Source: Vicugna vicugna
Lineage: Eukaryota
Assembly (NCBI GenBank): GCA_013265495.1
Contig: MU058000.1
Span: 2,294,001 to 2,358,000, forward strand
Length of the DNA: 64,000 nt
Reading direction: 5' to 3'
Shown: piece after piece, positions 38,055 to 51,294 of the stretch
How positions within the stretch are numbered: the first letter of the stretch is position 1
Layout of the letters: each line of letters starts with the position of its first letter
Translations under genes and position numbers: made by a program
The notes under the pieces: generated by a model
The model's database searches: none
What the model was told of the DNA's origin: nothing
What the model saw: the letters and a program-made list of their open reading frames with translations, nothing else

Positions 38055-40540
38055 TCTTCAACATTCAATTATATTTGTTGAGTTCTGGTATCTTCTAGAT
38101 ACTGTTTTAGTAACTTGGGTTTTATCAGTAGGGAAAAAGCAAAGTAGCATAGAACTATGAAGCTTACATTTTATTTTAACAGTAAATAAGAACTGTAGTA
38201 GAGAAATCAATTTTATGGTATAGAAGTATAGAAGGCAATTGTTTGTATAGCCAAAGAAAACAAAACAGCAATGTTAGGAGAAAAGGAGTGGATAGAAGGA
38301 TGGGAGGAAACTTCTTCATTAAAATCAGGCTTCTTTGAAAACACTTACAGGGGGTAATGAGGTTGAACATTGTTTTAATCTGAGGAAAAGCTTTCCAGGT
38401 ACAGGAAAATGAGTATCACTGTTCTCATGCTCCTGGGAACATGCCTAATGTATCGGAGCAAGAGCAAGAGGTGTGGCTGAATAGCTGGCTGGGACGCTGG
38501 GGGAGACAGAGGATACATTCTAGCAGATGAGAGCAGAATTTAATATAATAGCAGTAAAGAGACCACGTAGAACCTTGTAGGTTATTGTAAAAAACTCTGG
38601 CTTTCACTTTGAATGAAGTTGAGAGCTATTGTAAAGTTCTGAGCAGAGAATCTGACTTTCTTGTTTAAAAGATAATTCTGGCTTGGAGGGAGGGAGAGAC
38701 CAATTAGGAGTCTATTTTAGTCGTCAATTTGAGAAAAGATGGGGACTTAGACCAAGAGGTAGCTTTGGAAGATGTGGTAAGAAGTGCTCAGCTTCCAGAT
38801 AAATCTTGGGTGTCAATCCAACAAAATTCTTGACAGATTAGATTAGGGTGTGAGCACTTAAGAATGACCAAAAAGCATCTACATAGATGGAATTGTCATG
38901 GACCAAGGTGTACAAAACTGAGGATCCAGCAAATTTGGCAAGGTCGGAAGCTCAAGAGATTTCTTTTGGAAATTCTAAGTAGAGATATTTATTAGGATTT
39001 TGCTTGGAGATAATTAGTGGCATTTATAAGGATCTGCATTTCAGGAGCAAGTTGTGGGTTGGAGATATATAATTAGAAATGTAGATGGAATTTAAATCAC
39101 GACATTATATGAATGTGAATATAGATAAAATAGAGAAGATAAAGGAATAGAAAAAAAAGAAAGGGAAGGGGAGAAGGGAGAGGAGAGGAAGGAAAGAAAG
39201 GAAGAAGAAAACTAAGGATTGAGTCCGCAGTGATCAACATTAAGCGGTCCAAGGGAAGATTAGGAACTCACAAAAGAGACTGAGTGGCCAATGAGAAAAG
39301 AAAAAAAAGAAAAAAAGAAAAACAAATACCCTGGGAACTGAGTGAAAAGACTGATAAAATTTGTCAAATACAAAGACAGCTGAAGCCATGTATTGACTAA
39401 TAATTGATCATTGGATTTTACATGGAGTTTATTGGTAATTTGACAAAAGCAGTTTCAGTGGTGTGCTGGTGGCAAAAGTTCGGAGTGGGCTTAAGTGAGA
39501 ATTGCTAGATGCTTTTTATCTTCACCTACGCTTAGCAAAGCAGAAGAGCATAAAAACACAACAATGTAGGGAAAAGTGGAGGGGAATTCTAGGGGAAAAA
39601 GTATCCTTGAACAGGTAAGAGTGGGTGGTATCTTTGCTCAACAGAAGATACTGGCTTGCATTATGGATCACACAGAGTTAACTGATGGCAAGTCGAACTG
39701 TCATGATACAGAGGCTGTTATATAGGAAAGTATGATGATGGAAATGCCAGCTTCATCTTTTGACTGCTTCAGTGAAGTCAGAAATAGGGCCATTCACTGA
39801 AAGTAAGGACGAGAAGGAGGTCTGGGGTTTAGGAGAGAGAAGAACATAGGGAATTGTCTTTTAGAATCTCTTTCTAAGGGCATGGTCTAAGAAAAAGCAG
39901 TATCAACATTGGGAGTTTGTTAAAAATGCAGAATTTCAGGCTCCTCCACAAGCTCACTGAATCAAAATCTGGACTTTACTGAGATTCCCAGATGATTCGT
40001 GTGCACCTCAAAGTTTAAGGGAAACAAACAAAAAAATACCTTTTCTAGGAGAGTTAGGATAGCAAAACGATTATAGGAATGCGTTCTGAGTGACTGGTAG
40101 TACTAAGGAAGCCTGGAGGTGGAGGTCTATGGTAATCAACATAGGAGCCACTAATTGTGCTTTTGTGTTTTCCCCAATTGTGACCAACCATGGATGGATG
40201 GACTGCGCAAAGAGTTAGATTTTAACTAGCTGTGTTTTTGTCAGTGGAAAATAACAAAACATGAGGGGACAAAGGAGACGAGTGTGTACAAGAAGAAGAT
40301 TTTAATGTCTGGCCATGGTGTTTAAGTTAGATAAGCATGCAAAAGAGGACATTAAGGAGGTGAGGTGCAGTGAAAAGAAAATTAGATCAATGGATTATAG
40401 ATTATGGTGACTTACAGGACTTTTAGACACAGGACCTTAGAGGGCTTGTGATGGAAAAATAAGAAATGGTTTGTCAGAGAATGGTTTGCAGGAAAGAGAT
40501 CATAGTATCAGAAATTAGGTAATTTAAATTGTAGATGATA
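38055..40540 (-). mobile_element. Long L2 LINE remnant, antisense, interrupted by a MER5-like element
   Basis: ttcaattatatttgttgag (L2 3' end); gagagctattgtaaagttctgagcagaga; gaccaattaggagtctatt; gacaaaagcagtttcagtggtgtgctggtggc. Confidence 0.8.
39870..40025. mobile_element. MER5-family hAT-Charlie MITE
   Basis: gggagtttgttaaaaatgcagaatttcaggctcc...actgaatcaaaatctg...ttcccagatgattcgtgtgcacctcaaagttt. Confidence 0.8.
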
Positions 40541-40604
40541 GGGTCCTTGAAGGACATGATAAACAATATTTGTATGTATATATGTAAATATGTAAATATG
40601 TATT

Positions 40605-41107
40605 ATTATATCAGTTAACTTTTACTGTGTAACTAAGTACCTCAAAATTAATTTAGTAGATTAAGAAAACAGTATCTGCTTACTTCTTGATTCTGTGGGT
40701 TGGCTGGATGATTCTTCTGGACTGGGCTTACTTACAGCAGGAGGAACCCTGCTGGGCTTTCTTAGGTGTCTGTGGTCTTGTGAAGAATCAGCTGGTAAAT
40801 GGATGATCTAGGTGGCTTCACACGTAGCTCTAGAAATTAGCAGGCTGTCAGCCAAGGCATTAGGAGTGCCTCGCCTCATCCTTTAGCCGACTAGCCTGGA
40901 CTTTTTTTTACATATCGGTACTAGAGCTTCAAAAACAAGAGTGCACAATGCACAAATATTTCCCAAGTCTCTACTTGCATTATGGTTGCTAATGATTCAT
41001 TGGCCAAAACGAGTCACATAGCCAGCCTACATTAAAGGGATGTTGAACCAGGCTCTATCTTCAGATGGAAAGGGACAAATTTGACACCATTTGAAAAATC
41101 AATCACA
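40605..41107 (-). mobile_element. MaLR LTR (MLT1H-like), antisense
   Basis: gattctgtgggttggctgg...gactagcctggacttt...cattggccaaaacgagtcacatagccagcc...aatcaatcaca. Confidence 0.8.
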
Positions 41108-41109
41108 TG

Positions 41110-42190
41110 TATTTATTTTCTGTCTTCTCTGTTACACTCTAACTTCCAGGAAGGCACGAACTAAGTCTATCATGTTCATTTACTAAATCTCTAGTACTTA
41201 TTATGGCATTTGAAACACAGTGTGCATTAACAATATAGATGCCTATTTGTAAGAACCTCAACAAATCCAAAACAAAGTCATCCGCTTCTCCAATAAACCA
41301 TCAACATTTTCAAACTTCCTTATTTTTAATGAGATAAACATCAATTTCCCAATTCTTTAGCCCAAAACTTTGCTGTCACTCTTAGGCATCCTTATTATCT
41401 CTTCTCTGTTGCCTTATCAGATCCAGTCCCCCATTTGTTCTATTTATTCAGTTACTCTCGGTTGTTCCTTTCTCAGCTTCCATTAGCTTTGTTCTCTCAT
41501 CATGAGAACCTTCTAGGTCACATGATCTCTTGAACAGATAAGTTCTAGCTTGACTTTCTGCTTCTAGATCTCTCATCCCGTTGTTCAACTGCCTTCCCAC
41601 CAAAGTCTGGAATTAATCTTTCAAAAGCACGCTACTGATTACTTCTCTTCTCTGCTCAATGATCTTCAATACTTTGCTCTTCTTTAACAACTTGTCAGCT
41701 GAACATTGAAAGGTCAGGAGTCCATGGAATTAATCAGCTTTTACAGCCTTACTCTCAAGCTTTCATACTGGACTTACAACCCTTTTCCTTAGCACCCGAA
41801 TTATTTTTATTTTGCTCTTGTTCTTTATCCACTAGCAAATCAAACTTTAATTTTAAAAAGAAGTATTTCCCATACTCTGAGTTTCTTACCGGTCATAATC
41901 CAACTCACTAAACATTACTTTATTCAATGACACTTCCTTCAAAAAACTTATGTAAAACACCCCAACCCACAACAAAGAAAATTCTGCTTTTGCTATTGAA
42001 ACTTCAGAACACTTTTTATCTCTTTTATGTCTTGTTTTAAAATTGTTCACTCTTCTGTCTGTCCCTCGAGGGTCTAACCTGTTTCATTGCTGAGAATGTT
42101 TCCTATTAGTATATTCACAGCATACACAACATAATGTCTTATGCGTAACCTGTACACCGTAAATACTTACGAAACAGTAGGAGGCAATGT
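41110..42190 (+). mobile_element. L2 remnants, sense
   Basis: ttccaggaaggcacgaactaagtctatcatgttca...; ctcaacaaatccaaaacaaagtcatc; attacttctcttctctgctcaatgatcttcaat. Confidence 0.6.
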
Positions 42191-43389
42191 AGATTAATAA
42201 AATGAACTGGAATTACTCTCTCATGCCACTTGGATTTGCTCACTGACTTCCTCCCACGGTGCATCTATTTCCAGAGACTAAAAAGTAAATCGTACACCCT
42301 ACAAATGCAAATTAATTCAATGCTAAGGGAAGTGTTGTTAATATAAAAGAATACAGTAGAACTACATTTCTCTGTTAGAATTTATACATTTTATTGCCAG
42401 GATGAGGATAAGGGAATCTTGATTCTTACTCATGTATCACCGAGAACCCAGAATTAAAGAAATGCTGTTAAAAGATATGTTCATAGTTAATCAAATATAG
42501 TAACAGTTGCTCTTATGTAGTTAAGTAAAAGAAAAAAAAAGTTTCTAAACAATACTGAATTAAATAGCACAATCATTTTTGTTTGTAAGCCATATATGCA
42601 GTGAAACTTTTCCATTCTTTCTTGACACTGCATTTACTCACATCAGTTGAAATATCTTGAAGTCCATGTTTTGCTTTAAATGCATAATATTAATTTTCAG
42701 AGTTTTCTTGTACTCTCAATAAGCTGATGTTCTATCATCCAGTGGCACTCAAGAAAATTGCCCTAAAAAATTCTTTCTGAAAGGATGTATGCTATTGAGT
42801 GTTTCACTGGAATTAAGAAAGAAATCTAGAAACAAAAGTTTTTTTTTACTAAAATAGGTTAGGAAAAACTGTGTTCAGATTATTTGAATACAAAATTTCA
42901 TAGAGCTCTGGCTTGCTGATTTATTTAATAAATATTATAGAAAAGGGTACACATATAATAGTTCTCAGAATTCTAATACCATGGAACAATTATAATTTTC
43001 CTCTTTCTATGCAGTTACATGGATCTACTAATGTGAGGAACACATCTTGGAAAATAAATATTGATACTATGGACTACATTATATGTTTCCGTGTGCTGTG
43101 TTTGCCAGTGGGTTTACTATTTACTAATTCTATTGGACACTTGTTATTTCATAGTTTCTTGCATTCATTCTTCTGGCCCCTGGGGTAGTAGGTCCTCAAT
43201 AGACTTTCAAGGATCTCTCTCATTAAGCACAGAATTGATGGGAAGGAGGATTCCATTCTATACCCACGGAGCAGATATAATGACCCAATCTGTGCTGTTT
43301 GTACTTCCTTCTTTAGAATTTTGAATCTTTAGTGGAGAGACAGAAAAACAAAGAGCCAGCTCATTGCAGGACTGACAATACTGTTGATG

Positions 43390-43818
43390 AGTGTGGCAGG
43401 GTGAATACACACCCTCCTGCCTCCACCCCAAACAAAAGATATCCATGTCCTAATCCCCAGAACCAGTGGAAAGGTTAACCAGGTGGGCTCCAAGAAATCT
43501 CAAGTATCTTTAAAGGTGGAAGAAGAAGGATGAAGAGGTAAACCAGAGGAGTGAGAGTGTGAACAAGAATTCGCTGTTGCTGGCTTTAAAGATGGAGCAA
43601 GAGGTCTAAGCCTCTTGAAGTTGAAAATGTAAGGGAATGAATTTTTCCCTGGAGCCTCAGAAAGGAATGGAGCCCGGCTGACCTGTGGATTTTAGCTCAG
43701 TGAGACCCATTTCAGACTTCCAAAACTACAGAACTACAAGATAATATACTAGTATTGTTTCAAGTCATCATGTTTATACCAATTTGTTACAGCAGCCAGC
43801 CACAGAAAACCGATACAA
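43390..43818 (+). mobile_element. MLT1D-like MaLR LTR
   Basis: aaagatatccatgtcctaatccccagaacc...ttttagctcagtgagacccatttcagacttc...aatttgttacagcagc. Confidence 0.85.
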
Positions 43819-44689
43819 TAAACCAACCTTGATCCTTGAAATCAACATGGGTCTTATCCATTCCATAATAGTTCTTCAACTTCCTCTTATATTACATAAT
43901 TCTTCCTAAAACATTTTAATAAATTTTATTTTTGCTAAATGTATGCAGAGTCCATTTCCGAGTCTTGGTAAAAAATATAATTTAAGATGTTTAGCCACGT
44001 ATTTTGGTCATTTTTTGTCCTTATTAAATAATTATCAATGCATTCTAGAAAATATCTTCATTTATTCCATATATAGAAATGGAATATATAAATGGAATAT
44101 ATAAATGGAATCTAATGCAATCTTATGAATTATTTGCTGTTCAATAGATGCACACTAATCCTGATTAATTGGATTCATTGAAAAATATTACAAAAATAAT
44201 TCACAGAGAAATGTGTACTGTGGATATTTTACTAGAAAAGAAAAGAATAGTGTAAAATTAGTAGTAAAGCATTCCATTCCTTCTGAAGCTTTGTTTAGAT
44301 GTACGCCTACAGTTAAATAAGTCTAATGTAGCAGTTACACAATTTTCATTTGTATCTTTTACTTAAGAATTTTGTGTATTAACATAGTATCTTCATTACT
44401 TTTATTTTTTTCTGTCAGCAATATTTCACTAAGCTATGTTACAATTTATGCATTGTTAGGGTTTATACTATTCTCATTTTTTAGAAAATAATAAATGCCC
44501 TAGTTTCCCTTATAATAAATTCTCATGAGTTGTAGTCTTTTGTCCAAGGTAATTAATTTTATTATATTTATTTATACTTATAGTATTCCCAGAAGCTTGT
44601 AGAAATAAACAGTGGCTTTAGCTATATGTGAATGTAAAAATATTACGCTACAATCTTGCAAAATTTTATATCATTACCTTTTATTTGTT

Positions 44690-45720
44690 CCTGTTTTTTT
44701 CTCTTTAAGCAAATTCACAGGAAAACTAGATAATTCATTCCTCTCTGCTGACTTTTGTCTACATAGTTGCTATTGAGAAGTCAGCTGTTGGTTAAATTCG
44801 TGCGCATCACCTGTGTATGTGTGTGTGTGTGTTTTCCAGACGCTTCACACATAATTTATTTGTCATTAGTATTCTGTGGTTTAACTATGCTGTGTCTAGG
44901 TGTGGCTTTATCATCTTTATCCTTATTGGAATTACAATTAAGAATATTATTTTTACTGATTTGCTTAGGTGGCTAAGTCTGAGAATTAGTGTTTCTCAAA
45001 AATTCTGGAAATTTCTTTGTTAATAGTTCTTTAAATACTGTTTCTTTATTGTTTTTATTTTTTGAACTCTGATTTCATGTACATTATTCTATTCTCTTGA
45101 GCATTCATGCCTCTTTAGCTCCTATCCTACTTTGATCTTCTCTTATGTTCTGAAATCTGTCACATTCTTTACATCTAACTCCAATTTCATTAATCTTTTT
45201 ACTATAATTAAAAATTTTTCTGTTTTCTAATCTGCTGCTTACGTATCTTTTGATAATTTTGATGATTACATATACATATAAGTGTATGTGCATGTGTGTG
45301 CACATATATTTATATTTCCACTTTAAGACTTCATAATCAAATTTATTTTATTTTTTATTTTAAAATCTACATATTTTATTTTATATTTAGATATTCACAC
45401 CTTTCTTATTTTTGTAAACACATTCATCTTATTACTTTATATCCATGTTTGAAAATTAAAATAGAAGCATTTTAAAATCAAATTCCATATCAATTTTATT
45501 TTATTGGCTGTAAATCATGTTGCTTCATTTCCTCAGCTGATTTGTGACTTTTGACAATGGAAATATGGTGAACATAGGTTAGAGTTGAGTTACTCTGGAC
45601 AGACTATCATTTGACTGTCTGGAGGCACTACAAATATAGGATCCTTTTAAATTAAGTTATTTGGTTAAAATTTTTCAAACAAAGCAGGTTGCTTAAATTT
45701 AGTTTACAAATCTGCATGAC
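44690..45720 (-). mobile_element. Decayed L1 (ORF1 region), antisense
   Basis: gttgctattgagaagtcagctg...tttaactatgctgtgtctaggtgtgg...aattctggaaatttct. Confidence 0.6.
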
Positions 45721-47965
45721 AGACAGATTGTTAAAAAAGAGAGAGAAGAGGCTTTAAAAAACTATCCTTTACTTTTAGACAAAGTTACATATACTGCTAA
45801 ATATATGTTTTTATATTCCCCAATAATATTTGAAATGGAGAATGTCATGCTTTGAGAAATTTGATTGTTTTCTAGAAAAGTGAGTTTATTATAATATCAC
45901 ATAATATTTTCCAGTAATAATGCATCAGAGGTGATTGTTCAGAACCTATAGGGACTAGTTAATAACAAAAGGAAGGCTGGAGAGACATGGTTAACAAAGA
46001 ATAGATGCAGTGTAATAGTGAGAGGCACAGCTCAGTTATCACCATGCTTTCCTCGACCTTGTATATTATAGGCATGGTACTGGTATATTTCCAAATTTTA
46101 TGGAGGTTCTAGAATTCTGGATTTTGAAATATTAGGAGCACATTACAAATAAATAACAGCATTTTATAAGCAAAAATGGTGGTGTAAAGACCTCTGAAAA
46201 TTTAACCCTCCTTTAAAACAATGATTATGGTTTCAACATACAACTTATGGGGAACAGAGGTCAATCCAGAAAAGATGTCATAGAGCCTTTAAGGAGCTCT
46301 GACGTGTTCCTGGGAATCTAGAATGCCATTCACATTTGTGGACCTGTGTAGATGCCCAGGAAAGACCTGGGAAGGCCCTAATGTCTCACTTACAAGTGAT
46401 CTTGAAACTCTGCACAAGCAGGGATTAAAGGCCAGGGAAGAGTGGTAAAAGGCCTTTCTGAGTGTTGAAAGCATGCTATGACATGTATGCAGACACCTCA
46501 TCAAAGATGGAGAGATTTACTGATTTCAGGAATTTAAAGAAATCTTTCTCTAACCACTAAGCTAACCAAGCAGACACCTCAGTAGCCACACATGACAAGG
46601 AATACCTACTCTAAATAATTAGTCCTGAGAAGTTAGTAAAAACAACAACTACAATAAGCAGTGACAAAAGCAAACCCTAGGGATGGGGAAGGAAAAATAG
46701 TAACTGTCTCTGAGGAGGTCATGTTGAAATTACTAGACAAAGAGTTTAATCAACTATTTTAAATAAGTTTAAAGAGCTAAAGGGAAACATGTCTGAAAAA
46801 CTAAAAGAAAGTATCAAAAATATAATAATTAAAATGAAAAATTCACTACAGTGATCAACAGTACATTTGAGTGCGCAGAAGAAAGAAGTAGACTAGAAGA
46901 CATGACAGAGAATATCAATAAAATCAAACTGTGTTTCTTTGTAAAGATCAACAAAATCGGCCAACTGTATCTAGACTGATCAAGAAAAAAATCAGAAAAT
47001 ATTCAAATGGTTAAAATTAAAAAATGCAAGAGGGGCTATTACTACATGTCATATAAATTTAAAAAAAAATTAGGTGAGAACTATGAACAATTATATGCCA
47101 ACAAATTAGCTTTATTAAAAAGGACAAATACCTAGAAAGACACAAACTAGCACACTGACTCAAGAAAAAAATAGAAATCTGAGCAGATTCATAACAAGTA
47201 AAGATGTTACAATTAGTGATTTATGAAAACAAAAACAAAAACAAAATTTTCCACAAAAAAGGCTCTGGAAGAGATAACTTTATTTGTGAATTCTGTTAGA
47301 CATTTAAAGAAGAACTTGCATCAACTTGTCACAGACTATTGAAAAATAGAAAAGGAGAGAATAATTCTTTAGTCATCATAAGAGGCTAGTATTAACCATG
47401 ATACCAAAACATGGCAGACATTAGGATAAAAGAAGCTACAGAACAAAGTCACTTATGAGTATAGATGCAAAACTTTTTGACAAAAAAACTAGCAAATTGA
47501 ATCCAGCTCCATATTAAAAGGATTATAGGCTGTGCCTAAATGGGATTTATTCCAGAAATATAAGTTGGTACAATGTATCATTAAAGTTAAAATAAACAAT
47601 AAAAAACAATAACTGAAGACACTTGACCATCTCAATAGATGCAGAAAACTCATTTGACAAAACCAACATCCTTTTATCAAAAAAACACTCAGCAAAGTAA
47701 GAACAGAAGTTAAATTCTGCTACGTGATAAAGGGCACCAGTGATAAACCCACAGCTAACATTATACTCAGTGATGAAAAACTGAAAACTTTCTCCCTAAG
47801 ATCAAAAATAACACAAGGATGTATACTCTTGTTATTTTTATTCAGCATTGTATTGGTGATTCTAGCCAAGGCAATTAGGGAGGAAAACAAAATAAAAGGC
47901 ATCCAGATGGGAAAGGAAGTAGTAAATTATCTCTTTTCACAGATGTTATAGAGAAAATCCTGAGG

Positions 47966-47989
47966 AACACACACACACACACACACACA
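47966..47989. repeat. (AC)n microsatellite within L1
   Basis: Uninterrupted ac dinucleotide run. Confidence 0.95.
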
Positions 47990-48924
47990 GAGCTGATAAA
48001 TGAGTACGGTTAGATTCCAGGCTATAAGATCAATATATTCAAAGACGCATGGTATTTATACATTCATAATGAACAAAGTGGAATTAAGAAAACAACTTGA
48101 ATTGAAATATCACCAAAGATAGAGTGCTTAGGAATAAATTAATCCAAAGTGCAAGATGCATGCAATAAAATATACAGAAAATTATTAAAATAAATTAAAG
48201 AGCATCTAAATAAATAAAGACATCTGTGTTCACTGAAGACAATTCAGTTAAGATGGAAATAATCTCCATATTGATGTATAGATTCAACATAATCCCCATC
48301 AAAATGCCAATGGCTTTTATAAAAGATAGACAAATTTATTCTAAAATTCATTTGGATTAGTAAGTTTCCCAGAATAGCCAAAAAAATCTTGAAAAAGAAG
48401 AACAAATACAGAGGACTCAAAATACTCTATTTCAAAATTTACCACAAAGCCTTAGTAATTAAGACATGTGGTGTTGGCATAAGTATGGGCACACAGAACA
48501 ATAGAGTTGAATTGGGAATCTAGAAATAAACACGTATTTATTAACATTTTATTTTAGAAAAGAGTGCCAAGAACATTCAAGGGAGAAAGGAAAGTCTTCA
48601 ACAAATGGTGCTAAAATTATTAGAAATCCTTATGTAAAAGAATAAATTTGGATCCCTATTTCATGCAGTATGTACAAATTAACTCAAAATGAAATAGTTA
48701 AAAATAGCATAATATGCATCAAAGAAAATATAGGTGTAAATCTTTGTAACTTTGGAATAGTCAATGGTTTCTTAGATGCGACACTCAAAGTACAAGAGAA
48801 AATAGAAAAACTAGATAAATTGACTTCATCAAAGTGCCAAACTTTTGTGTATCAAAGGACACTATGTGGAAAGTGAAATGACAAACTACAGGACATGAAA
48901 GTGTATATAAAAATTATATATCTG

Positions 48925-49104
48925 TAGATAAACAAGATTACACTGTATAGCACAGGGAAATATACACAAAATGTTATGATAAATCACAGAGAAAAAAATG
49001 TGACAATGAGTGTGTATATGTCCATGAATGACTGAAAAATTGTGCTGAACACTGGAATTTGACACAACATTGTAAAATGATTATAAATCAATAAAAAATG
49101 TTAA
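48925..49104 (+). mobile_element. Very young 180-bp L1 3' end with perfect 16-bp TSD
   Basis: aaaaattatatatctg occurs at 48909-48924 and 49105-49120. Body: actgtatagcacagggaaatata...gacacaacattgtaaaatgattataaatcaataaaaaatgttaa. Confidence 0.92.
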
Positions 49105-50579
49105 AAAAATTATATATCTGATAAACATTTGGTATCTGGGATGCATAAGAATTGTTAGAATTCAACTGTGAAAAGACAAAATGACTCCATTTAAAAATGG
49201 ACAAAAAGTATTTGAATAGACATGTCTCCAAAAATATATGTGGGTGGTCCACTGGCACATAAAGAGCTTCTTGAAATCATTAACCAGTAAGGAAACTCAA
49301 ATCAAAATCACAACAAGGTAACACTTCAAATCTACTAAGATAACTATGATCAGTAAACAGAAGGTAAACATTGTTGGTAAGTGTGGAGAAATTGGAACCC
49401 TTATATATTGCTGGCAGAAATATAAAATGGTGCAACCTTTGTTAAAAACAATTAGTAACTACTAAATAGTTAATCACAGAGTTACCACACAGATGGCATT
49501 CTCTCAATCACCACAAGTAGAGCACCATGGTAGATCTTACTGGGAGTAAATCAGTCAAAAACATGAATATTGTCTTCCAACTAAGTGTAACACAGTTTGT
49601 AAAAGAAACTGTCTACATAGCAAGGTAATATGATCTGGCTTTACTAACGCTATAATCCAAGCATAGCCTTGTAGAAGTGTGTCTTTCAGTGTTACAGGGG
49701 ATTACAGTTCTTGGGGGGGTGTGTACTATCTCACTTCATTGAAATTGTTTCTGAGCTACTATTTTTTTTTTCAAATTGGATCAACCATATGAATTGTATA
49801 AACATAGTCTATCTCATTAAGTACATCAATATTGCATTACATATGTTCTATTATTCGTTTGGAAGAGTAAGCACTTAAGACACAGAAATGCCAAGAAACA
49901 ATTCCAGTTTGTCAGATCTGTTAACAGCGAAACCATGATTTTAACTTGACTGCATAGGATTCCAAAGTTTCTGGTAATCGTACTGTGCTCCAAGTTCTAA
50001 AATAATATTGAGATGATTCTTGAAATAATTGGGTGATAATCATTTTAATTTATATTTCCTCTTAAAAATATTGTGTTGGGATTTATGGAAACTCAGTTAT
50101 ATCCTCAAATTCTGGGTGCCTCCAATTTTTTATCTATTTTTAAATTAGAAAGTAAATAAATGCCTTTTCTAGACTCATTTTGAAGATTTCATAAGATAAG
50201 TGAACTCTTAGTGAAGTATAAAGAACACTGATGTGGGTTTTTTTTTGTCTTGACCATCAAGAATACCACACAGACTGAAAATCCTCAGACTAAAAAGAAC
50301 AACCAGTAAATTCTAGGCCCCCAGCATCCTGTAAGATAAAATCCATCTCTGTATAAATCGTTATCACATAGTCTTGTTATACACTTGAAGTAATATCACT
50401 TTTAAAAAATGTTATGACAACTTGTGATTGAGCAATGACTGCACAAAGCCAGCTTAGTCAGTGGCTATTTTTGGTCCCTGAAATGGCCTTTCTGATCTTT
50501 AGAGCAGAACTCTTGCCTGGAGCTGTCTTTAATAATATATTAAGTAACAATGTATGAACATAGCAGAAGCACATTAGTA

Positions 50580-51294
50580 TTTTTTTCAATAGGTGGCTTT
50601 TCTTGCATCTTTAAAATATCACAAGTAAGTCTGGAATTATCCAGCATCTTGCTGTTTCTATAGCTGGACAACTTGGATCTTATTCATAAGCCTGCTGAAC
50701 TGTTCCTTTTTCAGAAATGTATGTATCATCCAAAAATTTTCTGATCTTGCTTTTAACGTTTGGGGTTTGCTGAATCAAAACAGCTAAATTTGATACAATT
50801 TCAGTGTTGTTTCCTTCAAGAATGAACTCATCTTAAAAACAAACATACAAATAAAACCCAAGAATTAACTCATTTCTTTGGTCTTGAGATACTGAACAGG
50901 CAACTCTTGCTTCATCCAAACACTGAAGATGTGATTTTGCCCAAGAAATTCTGGATTTCAACAAAAAACCCTATTCTTCTGAATGAAATTGGTGGGGAAG
51001 TAGGCAGACACAGACCTCATCTTATAACAGATTGAAACCCTGGGTCATGTCCTGTATGTGACTACAGGTAGTGCAGACAGAAGCCATTTCCTTTCTATTT
51101 CCCCACCGGTTGTAATCCACAGCCACCTCTTTTTCTTTCCAAGGAGACTGTGATTGAAACCCTTCCACAGGGTGCCTCTGGAGCCCTTCACAATAACTAT
51201 GTCCCTTCAGAGTCATCATGACTTTATCTGGAACGTGGATAATCAATGCTGCAAACAGTCTTCAGCTGTTGTGGCAGTAGATGTGGCAAAGAAT
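50580..51294 (-). pseudogene. RPL9: Processed (intronless) pseudogene of 60S ribosomal protein L9, near full length and heavily disabled
   Basis: Minus-strand translation gives ...TLKG...WGNRKEMASVCTTCSHIQDM...KMRSV...[22 protein letters not shown]...[21 protein letters not shown], matching RPL9 ([63 protein letters not shown]). A pyrimidine 5' leader (ttctttgccacatctactg) starts near 51293. The start codon is mutated to CTG (51263-51265) and the stop TAA is at 50680-50682. An RPL9-like 3'UTR and a short A-tail (50580-50586) follow. No introns; several frameshifts and deletions. Confidence 0.95.

Larger units (their letters stand above)
46170..49490 (+). mobile_element. Largest L1 fragment: 5' region, internal deletion, decayed ORF2 (RT to C-terminus)
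   Basis: ORF 47724-47951 (DKPTANIILSDEKLKTFSLRSKITQGC...AKAIREENKIKGIQMGKE) matches the L1 ORF2 reverse-transcriptase region; atctcaatagatgcagaaaac encodes ISIDAE. Many stops and frameshifts. Confidence 0.92.

Noticed and set aside
47724..47951. Reverse-transcriptase-like ORF as a functional or domesticated gene
   Set aside because: A short open stretch in an L1 ORF2 full of stops; the sequence degenerates at the FADD motif, followed by an (AC)n repeat.
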